A stretch of DNA of 64,000 nt, taken from contig NZ_JAPZQK010000023.1 in the NCBI RefSeq assembly GCF_027530345.1, forward strand, positions 19,767 through 83,766. Direction: 5' to 3'. Made by a program: the position numbers and the translations under genes. This stretch comes from Silanimonas sp. (GTDB lineage: Bacteria > Pseudomonadota > Gammaproteobacteria > Xanthomonadales > Xanthomonadaceae). The notes beneath the pieces are model-generated. The model did not search any database, had not been told where the DNA came from, and saw only the letters and a list, made by a program, of their open reading frames with translations. Shown piece after piece: positions 30,102 to 39,477 of the stretch (position 1 is its first letter; each line of letters begins with the position of its first letter).

Positions 30102-30551
30102 TCAACGCGCCGGCTCGACGGCCAGCAGTTCGACCTCGAAGATCAGGGGCTGGTGCGGCGGAATCACATCGCCCGCGCCGCGGCTGCCGTAGCCGAGGTC
30201 GGCCGGAATCGCGAGCTCGCGCACCTCGCCGACCTTCATGCCCACGACGCCCTCGTCCCAGCCGCGGATGACCACGCCACGCCCCAGGGGGAAGTCGAAG
30301 GCCTCGCCTCGAGGACGCGAGCTGTCGAACTCCGTGCCTTTCCGGCCGGCGACGCGCTCGTCGTAAAGCCAGCCGGTGTAGTGCACGCGGACGGTGTCAC
30401 CGCTGCGCGCCACGGCACCATCGCCTGCGCGCAGCACGGCGATCTCGAGATCAGCCGGGCTGCCGCCCGCGGGAGGTCCCTCGGGAGCGCGGCAGCCGGC
30501 GAGCAGCGCGGCCGCGAGGGCCAGCGCCGCGAAGGGCAGGAAACGGATCAT
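30102..30551 (-). CDS. FKBP-type peptidyl-prolyl isomerase, probable lipoprotein
   Basis: LAGC lipobox; VRVHYTGWL, FDSS, VIRGWDEG and LIFEVELL motifs. Confidence 0.92.
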   Translation of the reverse strand: MIRFLPFAALALAAALLAGCRAPEGPPAGGSPADLEIAVLRAGDGAVARSGDTVRVHYTGWLYDERVAGRKGTEFDSSRPRGEAFDFPLGRGVVIRGWDEGVVGMKVGEVRELAIPADLGYGSRGAGDVIPPHQPLIFEVELLAVEPAR

Positions 30552-31381
30552 TGTTCGGTCAAGGTGATCGTGTAGTTGCCGTTCTGGTTGCCGTTCGTCC
30601 CGACGAAGATCTGGTACTGGCCCGGCGCGAACATGCCGCTGATCTCCGCGTCGAGATCACCGTGGCTGTCGTCGTCGCACCAGGTGCGGTTCGGCCCGAC
30701 CACCACCATCGTGGAGTCGGTGGTGCTCTCGACGAAGATCTTCAGGTTCAACGCCGACGTCACCGTGAGGCGATGGTCGGGCGTGGTGTCGATGGTGCCC
30801 ACGCAGGCCTTGCCGAAGCTGCGCGCATCGCGTGAGCCGCCGGTTTCGCCGCGGCTGCGCTGCGGGTCCGGGGTGAAGCCCGCGCCCAGCGTGAAGTCGC
30901 GGTAGGCCTCGATGCTGCCGTCGTCGCCGGCGCCGCGGCTGGTCCCGCCGACGTTCTCGGTGAGGGTGAGCGTGTACTGGCCGGTCTGGCCAAGGTGGCC
31001 GACGTAGACCTCGTAGCGGCCGGGGCGGAGCATCGCGTTGATCTCGGCGTCGAGCTCACCGCGGCTGTCGTCGTCGCAGAACGTGCCCGAAGGACCGCGC
31101 ATCACGAGGGTCGAGTCGGTGGTGCTGGTGGTGTAGAGCTTCAAGTTGACCGCGCTGGTGACCGTGATGACGTGGTCGGGCGTGGTGTCGATGCTGCCAC
31201 TGCACTGGCCGCCGAAGGCTTGCGCGGCGTCGCGCGCGCCACCCGTGGTGCCGGTGCCGGTCTGCGGGTCGGGCGTGAAGCCGGAGCCGATGCTGAAGTT
31301 GCGATAGTCCGAGGCCGTTGCGAGACCGGCGCCAAGGGCGATGGATTGCGCGGCGGTGCGGCGGAGGGCGATGCGGTTCAT
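30548..31381 (-). CDS. Secreted protein of two tandem ~120-aa PPC-like domains
   Basis: Two copies of GFTPDP...C..IDTTPDH...STTDST...CDDDS.G.LDAEI; ATGA overlap with the FKBP start. Confidence 0.75.
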   Translation of the reverse strand: MNRIALRRTAAQSIALGAGLATASDYRNFSIGSGFTPDPQTGTGTTGGARDAAQAFGGQCSGSIDTTPDHVITVTSAVNLKLYTTSTTDSTLVMRGPSGTFCDDDSRGELDAEINAMLRPGRYEVYVGHLGQTGQYTLTLTENVGGTSRGAGDDGSIEAYRDFTLGAGFTPDPQRSRGETGGSRDARSFGKACVGTIDTTPDHRLTVTSALNLKIFVESTTDSTMVVVGPNRTWCDDDSHGDLDAEISGMFAPGQYQIFVGTNGNQNGNYTITLTEQ

Positions 31382-31511
31382 GGCGGCTCTCGTGGTGGTT
31401 GCCGGGAAGTCTGGCAACGAGAGGACCAAAGTCAAGCTGTATCGGACGCGATTGGCACGGCGATAATCCGAGGCCTCGCCAATGCCCGTTCCCGGCGACC
31501 GTCGAGCCCGC

Positions 31512-32264
31512 ATGCCTTCGATCCTCAACATCGCCGCCTACCGGTTCGTCGCGATCGACGACGCGGCAACCCTCCGCGGGCCGATCGCCGCGCGTGCCGA
31601 AGCGGCGGGCCTCAAGGGCACCGTGCTGGTGGCGCCCGAGGGGATCAATCTCTTCCTCGCCGGCGAGCCTTCGGCGCTGCGCGGCTTCCTCGCGTGGTTC
31701 GAGGACGACGCCCGGTTTGCTGGCCTGGCCGCCAAGGAGAGCTGGAGCGAGGCCGTTCCTTTCGCAAGGCTCAAGGTGAAGCTCAAGCGCGAGATCATCG
31801 CCTTCCGTCGCGATGGTATCGAGCCGATCAGAGCGCCGGCGCCTTTCGTCGATCCGTGCACGCTGAAGCGTTGGCTCGACGCGGGGCGCGACGATACGGG
31901 CCGGCCGGTCGTCCTGCTCGACACGCGCAATCGCGAGGAAGTGGCCCACGGCACCTTCGACGGTGCGCTCACCCTGCCGATCGACGACTTCGTGCAACTG
32001 CCGGAGGCGCTCGAAGCCGAACGCCATCGGTTGGCCGGTGCCACCGTGGTGAGCTTCTGTACCGGCGGCATCCGCTGCGAGAAGGCTGCGCCCTTGCTCC
32101 GTGATCTGGGCTTTGGCGACGTGCGCCAGCTTGAAGGCGGCATCCTCGGCTACTTCGAGGCGGTCGGCGGCGCGCACTGGCAGGGCGGATGCTTCGTCTT
32201 CGACGAGCGGGTCGCCTTAGGGCCGGATCTGTCGCCGGTGGGCAAGGGCGGCGAGGCCGCCTAG
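31512..32264 (+). CDS. trhO: Rhodanese-domain protein, TrhO/UPF0176 family
   Basis: AAYRF, GTVLVAPEGIN, LDTRN and FCTGGIRCEKA...LEGGILGYFE...CFVFDER motifs. Confidence 0.85.
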   Translation: MPSILNIAAYRFVAIDDAATLRGPIAARAEAAGLKGTVLVAPEGINLFLAGEPSALRGFLAWFEDDARFAGLAAKESWSEAVPFARLKVKLKREIIAFRRDGIEPIRAPAPFVDPCTLKRWLDAGRDDTGRPVVLLDTRNREEVAHGTFDGALTLPIDDFVQLPEALEAERHRLAGATVVSFCTGGIRCEKAAPLLRDLGFGDVRQLEGGILGYFEAVGGAHWQGGCFVFDERVALGPDLSPVGKGGEAA

Positions 32265-32347
32265 ACTCGGCGAGCTTCCCTGCCGCCGTGCTCCGCTCCG
32301 CTCCGGGGCGAGCCGTCACGCCCCGCCAACCCGGAACCGTCCGCCTC

Positions 32348-33853
32348 ATGACCGCCACGCCGCTGCTCATCACCTTCGGCCTCTACCTGCTGGTGATGGT
32401 GGGCATCGGCGTCTGGGCCTGGTGGCGCACCCGCAGCTTCGACGACTACATCCTCGGCGGGCGCTCGCTCGGCAGCGTGGTCACGGCGCTTTCGGCTGGC
32501 GCCTCCGACATGAGCGGCTGGCTGCTGATGGGCCTGCCCGGCGCGCTCTACATCGGCGGCGCGTCGGAGGCGTGGATCGCGATCGGCCTCGTCATCGGCG
32601 CCTGGGCGAACTGGAAGTACGTGGCCGGCCCGCTGCGCGTCTACACTGAGCGCACGAAGAACGCGCTGACGCTGCCGGACTACTTCACCCACCGCTTCGA
32701 GGACCAGGCCAAGCTGCTCCGCGTTTTCTCGGCGACGGTCATCCTCGTTTTCTTCGCCATCTACTGCGCCAGCGGCATCGTCGCCGGCGCGCGATTGTTC
32801 GAGAGCGTGTTCGGCCTGCCGTATGCCGAGGCGATCTGGTGGGGTGCGGCGGCCACCATCCTCTACACGCTGATCGGTGGCTTCCTCGCCGTGAGCTGGA
32901 CCGACACGGTGCAGGCGACGCTGATGATCTTCGCGCTGCTCCTCGTGCCGGTGATGGTGGTGCTGGGCAGCGGCGGCCTCGACGCCAGCCTCGCACTGAT
33001 CGGCGAAACCGCCCCCGCCAAGCTCGATCCGTTCAACGGCGGCGCGCTCGGCCTGGTGGGCATCGTCTCGCTGCTCGCCTGGGGCCTCGGCTACGTGGGG
33101 CAGCCGCACATCCTCGCGCGATTCATGGCCGCCGATTCGCTGAAGAGCATTCCGGCGGCGCGACGCATCGGCATGACGTGGATGGTCCTCTGCCTCGGCG
33201 GCGCGATGGCCGTTGGCTTCTTCGCCAACGCCTACTTCGCCGTTCATCCCGAGCACGTCGGCGAGGTCGCGGCGAACAGCGAGCGGGTGTTCATCCAGCT
33301 CTCGACCGTGCTTTTCAATCCATGGGTGGCCGGCGTGCTGCTCTCCGCCATCCTCGCCGCGATCATGAGCACCCTGAGCTGCCAGCTGCTGGTGTGCAGC
33401 AGCGCACTCACCGAGGATTTCTACAAGGGCTTCGTGCGGCCGCAAGCCGGGCAGGGCGAGCTGGTGTGGTTCGGACGCGCGATGGTCGCCGCTGTTTCTC
33501 TGCTGGCGATCTGGATCGCCCGCGATCCGGACAGCAAGGTGCTCGGGCTGGTGGCCTACGCGTGGGCCGGCTTCGGCGCCGCGTTCGGGCCGGTGGTGAT
33601 CCTGTCGCTGTTCTGGGGCCGCATGACCCGCAATGGCGCGTTGGCGGGCATGGTCGCAGGTGCCACGACGGTGATCCTCTGGAAGGAACTTGTCGTCGCG
33701 GGTGGCCACAGCAGCCTCTACGAGATCGTTCCGGGCTTCATCGCCGCCGCCATCGCCATCGTCGTGGTGAGTCGTTTCGGAGTGGGCCCCAGCGAGGCCA
33801 TGCGCGAGCGCCATGACGGCGTGCGCGAGACGCTGCGGGCCGAAGGCTACTGA
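32348..33853 (+). CDS. putP: Sodium/proline symporter
   Basis: DDYILGGRSLG, ALSAGASDMSGWLLMGLPG, GQPHILARFMA and AYAWAGFGAAFGP motifs. Confidence 0.95.
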   Translation: MTATPLLITFGLYLLVMVGIGVWAWWRTRSFDDYILGGRSLGSVVTALSAGASDMSGWLLMGLPGALYIGGASEAWIAIGLVIGAWANWKYVAGPLRVYTERTKNALTLPDYFTHRFEDQAKLLRVFSATVILVFFAIYCASGIVAGARLFESVFGLPYAEAIWWGAAATILYTLIGGFLAVSWTDTVQATLMIFALLLVPVMVVLGSGGLDASLALIGETAPAKLDPFNGGALGLVGIVSLLAWGLGYVGQPHILARFMAADSLKSIPAARRIGMTWMVLCLGGAMAVGFFANAYFAVHPEHVGEVAANSERVFIQLSTVLFNPWVAGVLLSAILAAIMSTLSCQLLVCSSALTEDFYKGFVRPQAGQGELVWFGRAMVAAVSLLAIWIARDPDSKVLGLVAYAWAGFGAAFGPVVILSLFWGRMTRNGALAGMVAGATTVILWKELVVAGGHSSLYEIVPGFIAAAIAIVVVSRFGVGPSEAMRERHDGVRETLRAEGY

Positions 33854-33864
33854 GGCGAGACGAG

Positions 33865-34281
33865 ATGGCCGCGAACAAGACCCAGGCAACCGCGGCCAGC
33901 GTCGAGGCCTACTTCGATGAGCGGGCGTCCGAGGCGCAGCGTCCGGACTGCGAGGCGCTGGTCGCGTTGCTGTCTCGCCTCACTGGCGAACCGGCGGTCC
34001 TGTGGGGCCCGAGCATCGTCGGGTTCGGCCGCTACCGTTACCGCTACGAGAGCGGCCGCGAGGGCGAGATGTGCCTAGCCGGCTTTGCTGTGCGCGGCAA
34101 GGAGCTGGTGGTCTACGTCGACGCGGAAAGGGAAGCGCAGCAGGCGCGCCTCGCCACGCTGGGGAAACACCGGATCGGCAAGTCCTGCCTTTACGTCAAG
34201 CGACTCGCCGATCTGGACCTGGCCGTGCTCGAAGCGCTGGTGGCGGGATCGATCGCCGAAACGCGGCGTCGGTACGGGTGA
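33865..34281 (+). CDS. DUF1801 (YdhG-like) protein
   Basis: WGPSIVGFGRYRYRYESGREG and LGKHRIGKSCLYVKRL motifs. Confidence 0.85.
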   Translation: MAANKTQATAASVEAYFDERASEAQRPDCEALVALLSRLTGEPAVLWGPSIVGFGRYRYRYESGREGEMCLAGFAVRGKELVVYVDAEREAQQARLATLGKHRIGKSCLYVKRLADLDLAVLEALVAGSIAETRRRYG

Positions 34282-34291
34282 GCCGGTGGGC

Positions 34292-34313
34292 CGGGCGCGA
34301 TGCACCGCGCCCG
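34292..34313. terminator. Hairpin between convergent DUF1801 and deaD genes
   Basis: CGGGCGCG-ATGCAC-CGCGCCCG; no clear U tract. Confidence 0.4.
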
Positions 34314-34320
34314 TGGCGGA

Positions 34321-36225
34321 TCACTCGCCGCGCGGCTTGCCCTTGAATCCCGGCTTGAAGTTGCCGCCCTTGTAGCCGCCGGGCTTGAAGCCGCCCTTCT
34401 TCGGGAAGCGCGGTGCCGCGCCTTCGAGCTCGCCGCTGTCGTCCTTCGACGGGTCGTAGGCCTTGAGCATCAGGGCCTGGCCGGCGACGCGCACCTTCTT
34501 CAGGTGGGCCATGATTTCCTTCGGCATGCCCTCCGGCAGATCGACCAGCGTGTCGTTGGTGCGGATGTTGATGCGGCCGATGTGCCCGGCTTCGAGGCCG
34601 GCCTCGTTGGCGATGGCACCGACGATGTTGCCCGGCTTCACCTGGTGGGCGTGGCCCACGGCGATCCAGTAGGTCGCGAAACCCGGCTCCGGCGCGCGCG
34701 GCGCGTCGAACTTGGCCGGACGCGGCTTCGGCGGGCCGTCCTCGCGCGGGGTGCGCATCTCGGGGCGCCAGCTCATCGGCTCGCCGCGCGGCTGGCGCGG
34801 CAACTTGTCGAAGTCCACGCGCTCGCGGCGCTCCGGACGCTCGCCGCGCTCTTCCCGCTCCATACGCGGCTCGCGGGCGTTCGGATCGAGCAGCAAGGAC
34901 GTATCGCCCTGCACCAGCCGGGCCAGCGCCGCGGCGATCTCGATGGCCGGCACGTTGTGCTCGGTCTCGTAGCGCTCGACGAGGGCGCGGAAGGGCTCGA
35001 TGCCCTCCAGCTGGCGTGCCTGGGTGATGCGGTCGAGGAAGCGGCTGATCCGCGAATCGTTGACGGCCTGCACGGAGGGCAGTGTCATCGGCTCGATCGG
35101 CTGGCGCGTGGCGCGCTCGATGGCCTTCAGCATGCCGCGCTCGCGCGGGCTGACGAACAGGATGGCTTCGCCACTGCGCCCGGCGCGGCCTGTGCGGCCG
35201 ATGCGGTGGACGTAGCTCTCGGTGTCGTAGGGGATGTCGTAGTTGAGGACGTGACTGATGCGCTCCACATCGAGGCCGCGGGCCGCGACGTCGGTGGCCA
35301 CCAGGATGTCGATCTTGCGGTCCTTGAGCTGCTGGATCGTGCGCTCGCGCTGCGCCTGCTGCACGTCGCCGTGGATGGCGGCGGCGGCCAAGCCGCGGGC
35401 GGCCAGCTTCTCGGCGAGCTCCTGCGTGGCCTGCTTGGTGCGCGCGAAGATGATCATCGCGTCGTAGGTCTCGGCCTCGAGGATGCGGGTGAGGGCATCG
35501 AGCTTGTGCAGGCCGCTGACCATCCACATCCGCTGGCGGATGTTGGTGGCCGTGGTGGTCTTGGCCTTGATGGCCACTTCCACCGGGTCCTTGAGGTAGG
35601 TCTGGGCGATGCGCTTGATCGGCGGCGGCATGGTCGCCGAGAAGAGGGCGACCTGGCGCTCGGGCGGGGTCTTCTTCAGCACCGCCTCGACGTCGTCGAT
35701 GAAGCCCATGCGCAGCATCTCGTCGGCTTCGTCGAGGACGAGCGCCTTCAGCTTCGAGAGGTCCAGCGAGCCGCGCTCAAGGTGGTCGATCACGCGGCCG
35801 GGCGTGCCGACGACAACGTGGACACCACGCTTGAGGGCGCTCAGCTGCGGCCCATAGGCCTGGCCGCCGTAGATCGGCAGCACCTGGAAGCCGGGGATGA
35901 ACGCGGCGTACTTCTGGAAGGCCTCGGCGACCTGGATCGCGAGTTCGCGGGTCGGGGCGAGCACCAGCACCTGCGGCGCGCCGGCGGCGCTGTTGCCGAT
36001 GCGAGTCAGCAGGGGCAGGGCGAAGGCGGCGGTCTTGCCGGTGCCGGTCTGCGCCTGGCCGAGGACGTCGCGGCCGTCCAGCAGCGGCGGGATGGTCGCG
36101 GCCTGGATGGGGGAGGGCGACTCGTAGCCCACGGCGGCGAGTGCCTTCATCAGGGCATCGGACAGGGCAAGGTCGGCAAAGCGCAGCGAGGGCGCTTCGT
36201 TGGAAGTTTCGGTATCGGCGCTCAT
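34321..36225 (-). CDS. deaD: DEAD-box RNA helicase DeaD/CsdA
   Basis: AQTGTGKT, PTRELA, DEAD, SAT and HRIGRTGRAG motifs, plus a DbpA-type RNA-binding domain (VKPGNIVGAIANE). Confidence 0.93.
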   Translation of the reverse strand: MSADTETSNEAPSLRFADLALSDALMKALAAVGYESPSPIQAATIPPLLDGRDVLGQAQTGTGKTAAFALPLLTRIGNSAAGAPQVLVLAPTRELAIQVAEAFQKYAAFIPGFQVLPIYGGQAYGPQLSALKRGVHVVVGTPGRVIDHLERGSLDLSKLKALVLDEADEMLRMGFIDDVEAVLKKTPPERQVALFSATMPPPIKRIAQTYLKDPVEVAIKAKTTTATNIRQRMWMVSGLHKLDALTRILEAETYDAMIIFARTKQATQELAEKLAARGLAAAAIHGDVQQAQRERTIQQLKDRKIDILVATDVAARGLDVERISHVLNYDIPYDTESYVHRIGRTGRAGRSGEAILFVSPRERGMLKAIERATRQPIEPMTLPSVQAVNDSRISRFLDRITQARQLEGIEPFRALVERYETEHNVPAIEIAAALARLVQGDTSLLLDPNAREPRMEREERGERPERRERVDFDKLPRQPRGEPMSWRPEMRTPREDGPPKPRPAKFDAPRAPEPGFATYWIAVGHAHQVKPGNIVGAIANEAGLEAGHIGRINIRTNDTLVDLPEGMPKEIMAHLKKVRVAGQALMLKAYDPSKDDSGELEGAAPRFPKKGGFKPGGYKGGNFKPGFKGKPRGE

Positions 36226-36368
36226 GGCGGCCTCGAGAGTGCCGGCTGAAGCGCCCGGCGGGAAGGGCGCGGAGTTTACCCGACCTTCGGGCCCGCCACC
36301 CCAACGGGAGCCAACCGGCGGTTTGGCCGGGCGGGGAGGCTCTGCGGCCACCGCGTAAACTGCCACCC

Positions 36369-38270
36369 ATGCCTCTGCTCACCTTGAATCGCGTCGACTA
36401 CGGCGTCGGCGGCCCGCGCCTGCTCGACGGTGTCGACCTCGCCATCGAACCCGGCGAACGCATCGCCCTGATCGGCCGTAACGGCGCCGGGAAGTCCACG
36501 CTCCTGAAACTGATCGCGGGGGAGATCGTCCCTGACGACGGTGAGCGCCGCCTCGAAGGCGGGGTGCGCGTGGCCCGACTCGAGCAGGAAGTGCCGGCGC
36601 ATCTCGACGGCTCGATCTACGACGTCGTCGCCGACGGCCTCGGCTCGGTGGGCCACGACATTGCCGAATTCCACCACCTCAGCCATGCCGACGAGATCGA
36701 CATGGACGCGCTCGGCCGGGTGCAGGCCCGCATCGACGCCGCCGACGGTTGGCGGCTCGAGGCCAAGGTCGATGCCACGCTCACGAAGCTCGGGCTCGAC
36801 GGCGAACTGCCCTTCTCCGCGCAGTCGGGCGGCCTGAAGCGCCGCGTGCTGCTGGCTCGCGCCTTCGTGGCCGAGCCGCAGATCCTGTTGCTGGACGAGC
36901 CCACCAACCACCTCGACATCGCGGCCATCGAGGCGCTGGAAGCCGCGCTGCTCGACTACAAGGGCTCGATCGTCTTCGTCACCCACGACCGGCGTTTCCT
37001 CAAGGCGCTGGCGACGCGGATCGTGGAAATCGACCGGGGCTCGTTGTCGAGCTGGCCGGGCGACTGGGCGAACTACCTTCGTCGGCAGGAAGAGCGCGCC
37101 CATTCGGAAGCGCAGGAGAACGCCAAGTTCGACAAGCTGCTGGCGCAGGAAGAGGTCTGGATCCGCCAGGGCATCAAGGCCCGCCGCACCCGCGACGAGG
37201 GCCGCGTGCGCCGCCTCGAGGCCATGCGCCGCGAGCGCGCCGAGCGCCGCGACAAGACCGGCAACGTGAAGATGGCGCTGGCGGAAGGCCAGCAGAGCGG
37301 CCGCAAGGTCATCGAGACCCAAGGACTCACTTTCGGCCACGGCGAGCGAACGCTCGTCCGCGACCTCGATCTCACGGTGATGCGCGGCGACCGCATCGGC
37401 CTGATCGGCCCGAACGGCAGCGGCAAGACCACGCTGATCAAGCTGCTGCTGGGCGACCTCCAGGCGCAAGCCGGCGAAGTGAGGCAGGGCACCGGCCTGC
37501 AGGTGGCCTACTTCGACCAGTACCGGATGGCGCTGCGAGAAGACTGGAACGCGCTCGACAACGTTTCGCAGGGTGCGGAGTTCGTCGAGGTCGGCGGGCA
37601 GCGCAAGCACGTCATGGGCTACCTGCAGGACTTCCTGTTCACGCCCGAGCGCGCCCGCGCGCCGATCCACAAGCTCAGCGGCGGCGAGCGGAATCGCCTG
37701 CTGCTGGCTCGGCTTTTTGCGCAGCCCTCGAACCTGTTGGTGATGGACGAACCCACCAACGACCTCGACGTCGAGACGCTGGAGCTGCTGGAGGAACTGC
37801 TCGGCGAGTACCCGGGCACCCTGCTGCTGGTCAGCCATGACCGCGACTTCATCGATTCGGTGGCGACTTCGACGCTGGTGATGGAAGGGAACGGCCGCGT
37901 CGGTGACTACGTCGGCGGCTACACCGACTGGCTGCGGCAGCGCCCGGCGGCGAGCGTCGCCGCGACCTCGGGGGCCGTGGCCAAGTCCGCACCGCCAGCA
38001 CCCGCGGCACGACCGGTGCCGGCACCTGAACCCGCCAAGCCCGCTGCACCGAAGCGCAAGCTCGGGTTCAAGGAGCAGCGCGAACTCGAAGCCTTGCCGG
38101 GGCGCATCGACGCCCTCGAGAACGAGATGGCGTCGCTCACTGATGCCCTGACAGCGCCGGGTTTCTACGCGAAGGATAGTGCGGCCCAAGCCGCCCACCA
38201 TTCGCGGATGGCCGCCGCGCAGGCGGAACTTGATGCCGCGTTCGCCCGCTGGAGCGAACTCGACGGCTGA
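36369..38270 (+). CDS. uup: ABC-F ATPase Uup
   Basis: Two ABC cassettes (GRNGAGKS, LLDEPTNHLD; GPNGSGKT, LSGGERNR), EEVWIRQGIKARRTR linker and a C-terminal coiled coil. Confidence 0.9.
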   Translation: MPLLTLNRVDYGVGGPRLLDGVDLAIEPGERIALIGRNGAGKSTLLKLIAGEIVPDDGERRLEGGVRVARLEQEVPAHLDGSIYDVVADGLGSVGHDIAEFHHLSHADEIDMDALGRVQARIDAADGWRLEAKVDATLTKLGLDGELPFSAQSGGLKRRVLLARAFVAEPQILLLDEPTNHLDIAAIEALEAALLDYKGSIVFVTHDRRFLKALATRIVEIDRGSLSSWPGDWANYLRRQEERAHSEAQENAKFDKLLAQEEVWIRQGIKARRTRDEGRVRRLEAMRRERAERRDKTGNVKMALAEGQQSGRKVIETQGLTFGHGERTLVRDLDLTVMRGDRIGLIGPNGSGKTTLIKLLLGDLQAQAGEVRQGTGLQVAYFDQYRMALREDWNALDNVSQGAEFVEVGGQRKHVMGYLQDFLFTPERARAPIHKLSGGERNRLLLARLFAQPSNLLVMDEPTNDLDVETLELLEELLGEYPGTLLLVSHDRDFIDSVATSTLVMEGNGRVGDYVGGYTDWLRQRPAASVAATSGAVAKSAPPAPAARPVPAPEPAKPAAPKRKLGFKEQRELEALPGRIDALENEMASLTDALTAPGFYAKDSAAQAAHHSRMAAAQAELDAAFARWSELDG

Positions 38271-38303
38271 GGCTGCCGCCGCCGTCGAGGCGGCGACGCG
38301 GGT

Positions 38304-38918
38304 TCAGGCCACGCGCTCGAGCACGAGACCAATTGAACGCGGCGGTTCGCCGCGATTGCGCAGGGCGTCGCCAAGCGAGGCCTGTTCCGAGTAGGCGTTC
38401 GCAGCGGCTTCGCGGCGGGCCAGCTCGGCCCGCGCCCGCTGCTCGATCCGGGCGCCCAGCTTGGCGATGGCCAGGTCGGCCCCCGAAGGTTCGGCTGGAG
38501 CGAGCGCGGCGGCTTGGATCCGCTCGCCTTTTTCGAGATTCGCTTCTGGATCGTCACTGGTCTCGCTGGTGTCGATCTCGACGCTGCCGCCCACCGCGTA
38601 GCGCTTGCCGTCCGGGCCGGTGATGTAGCTGTAGCTGGGGCCGGACTTCAGCAGGCCGCCGGCGGCCGCCATGTGGGCCTGTTCGTGCTGGCGCACTTCG
38701 CGGTCGCGGGCCTGGAGCTGCTGGATGGCCACCCGCGTGCGTGCGTCCTCGAGCGGGTTCCGCGGGCTGCCGGCAGTCACCGGGACGGCGGCACGAAGGG
38801 TCTGCGGCTGGGTCGATGCCGGCGCCAAGGCCACCGCCGGCAATGGCGCAGCCACCGCCTCCGTCTTGGACGGGGCGGACGCGGGGGCCGAAGGAGCGAT
38901 GGACGGGCCGATCAGCAT
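38304..38918 (-). CDS. SprA-related family protein
   Basis: LQARDREVRQHEQAH...GPDGKRYAVGGSVEID...AALAPAEPSGADLAIA. Confidence 0.85.
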   Translation of the reverse strand: MLIGPSIAPSAPASAPSKTEAVAAPLPAVALAPASTQPQTLRAAVPVTAGSPRNPLEDARTRVAIQQLQARDREVRQHEQAHMAAAGGLLKSGPSYSYITGPDGKRYAVGGSVEIDTSETSDDPEANLEKGERIQAAALAPAEPSGADLAIAKLGARIEQRARAELARREAAANAYSEQASLGDALRNRGEPPRSIGLVLERVA

Positions 38919-38999
38919 GGGCAGTCCGGTGCGCGGAACACCGGCACCTTACGCCCGCCGGAGCCCCCGTGTCGTGATGCGGCGCACGATCGGCCCGGG

Positions 39000-39377
39000 T
39001 CAGCCCCCGACCATGCAGAACGCGTTGAACTTGTTGCCGTCGAGGTCGCGGAAGTAGGCGGCGTAGAAGCCGCCGCCGCGGGGGCCGGGGGCCCCCTCGT
39101 CCGTGCCGCCGAGCGCCAGGGCCTTGGCGTGGACCGCGTCGACGTGGGCCGGATCGCGGCAGGCCAGGGCGAGCATGCTGCCGTTGCCGACCGTCGCCGG
39201 CTGGCCATCGAAGGGGTAGAGCACGCCGAAGCCGGTGCCGCCGTCCTTGCCCTCCCATGCCTTGAACTTGCCGGGCTCCTCCATGAACACCTTGGCCTCC
39301 ATCAGGACGAGCAGGGCATCGAAGAAAGCGACGGCGCGATGGATGTCGCGTGTTCCGAGGGTGGCGTAACCGATCAT
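39000..39377 (-). CDS. VOC/glyoxalase family protein
   Basis: MIGYATLGT, PFDGQPATVGNG, GGTDEGAPGPR and YFRDLDGNK motifs. Confidence 0.9.
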   Translation of the reverse strand: MIGYATLGTRDIHRAVAFFDALLVLMEAKVFMEEPGKFKAWEGKDGGTGFGVLYPFDGQPATVGNGSMLALACRDPAHVDAVHAKALALGGTDEGAPGPRGGGFYAAYFRDLDGNKFNAFCMVGG

Positions 39378-39477
39378 CGCGAGTCACCGGGCGTGGGGAG
39401 AAAGGCAGCCTAGCGCCCCGGCTTGCAGGGCACCACCGCGCGGCGCAGCATCGGGGCATCTTCCCGGGAGAGCGACG

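Noticed and set aside
31453-31467. TGGCAC as a sigma54 -24 element upstream of trhO
   Set aside because: The -12 TTGC is missing; GATAAT fits a sigma70 -10 better.
34300-36249. 649-aa plus-strand ORF opposite deaD, and similar long antisense ORFs (41597..44038, 47576..49786, 20632..22608, 7825..9498)
   Set aside because: Shadow ORFs expected from high GC3 codon bias; they mirror recognisable genes and have no motifs.
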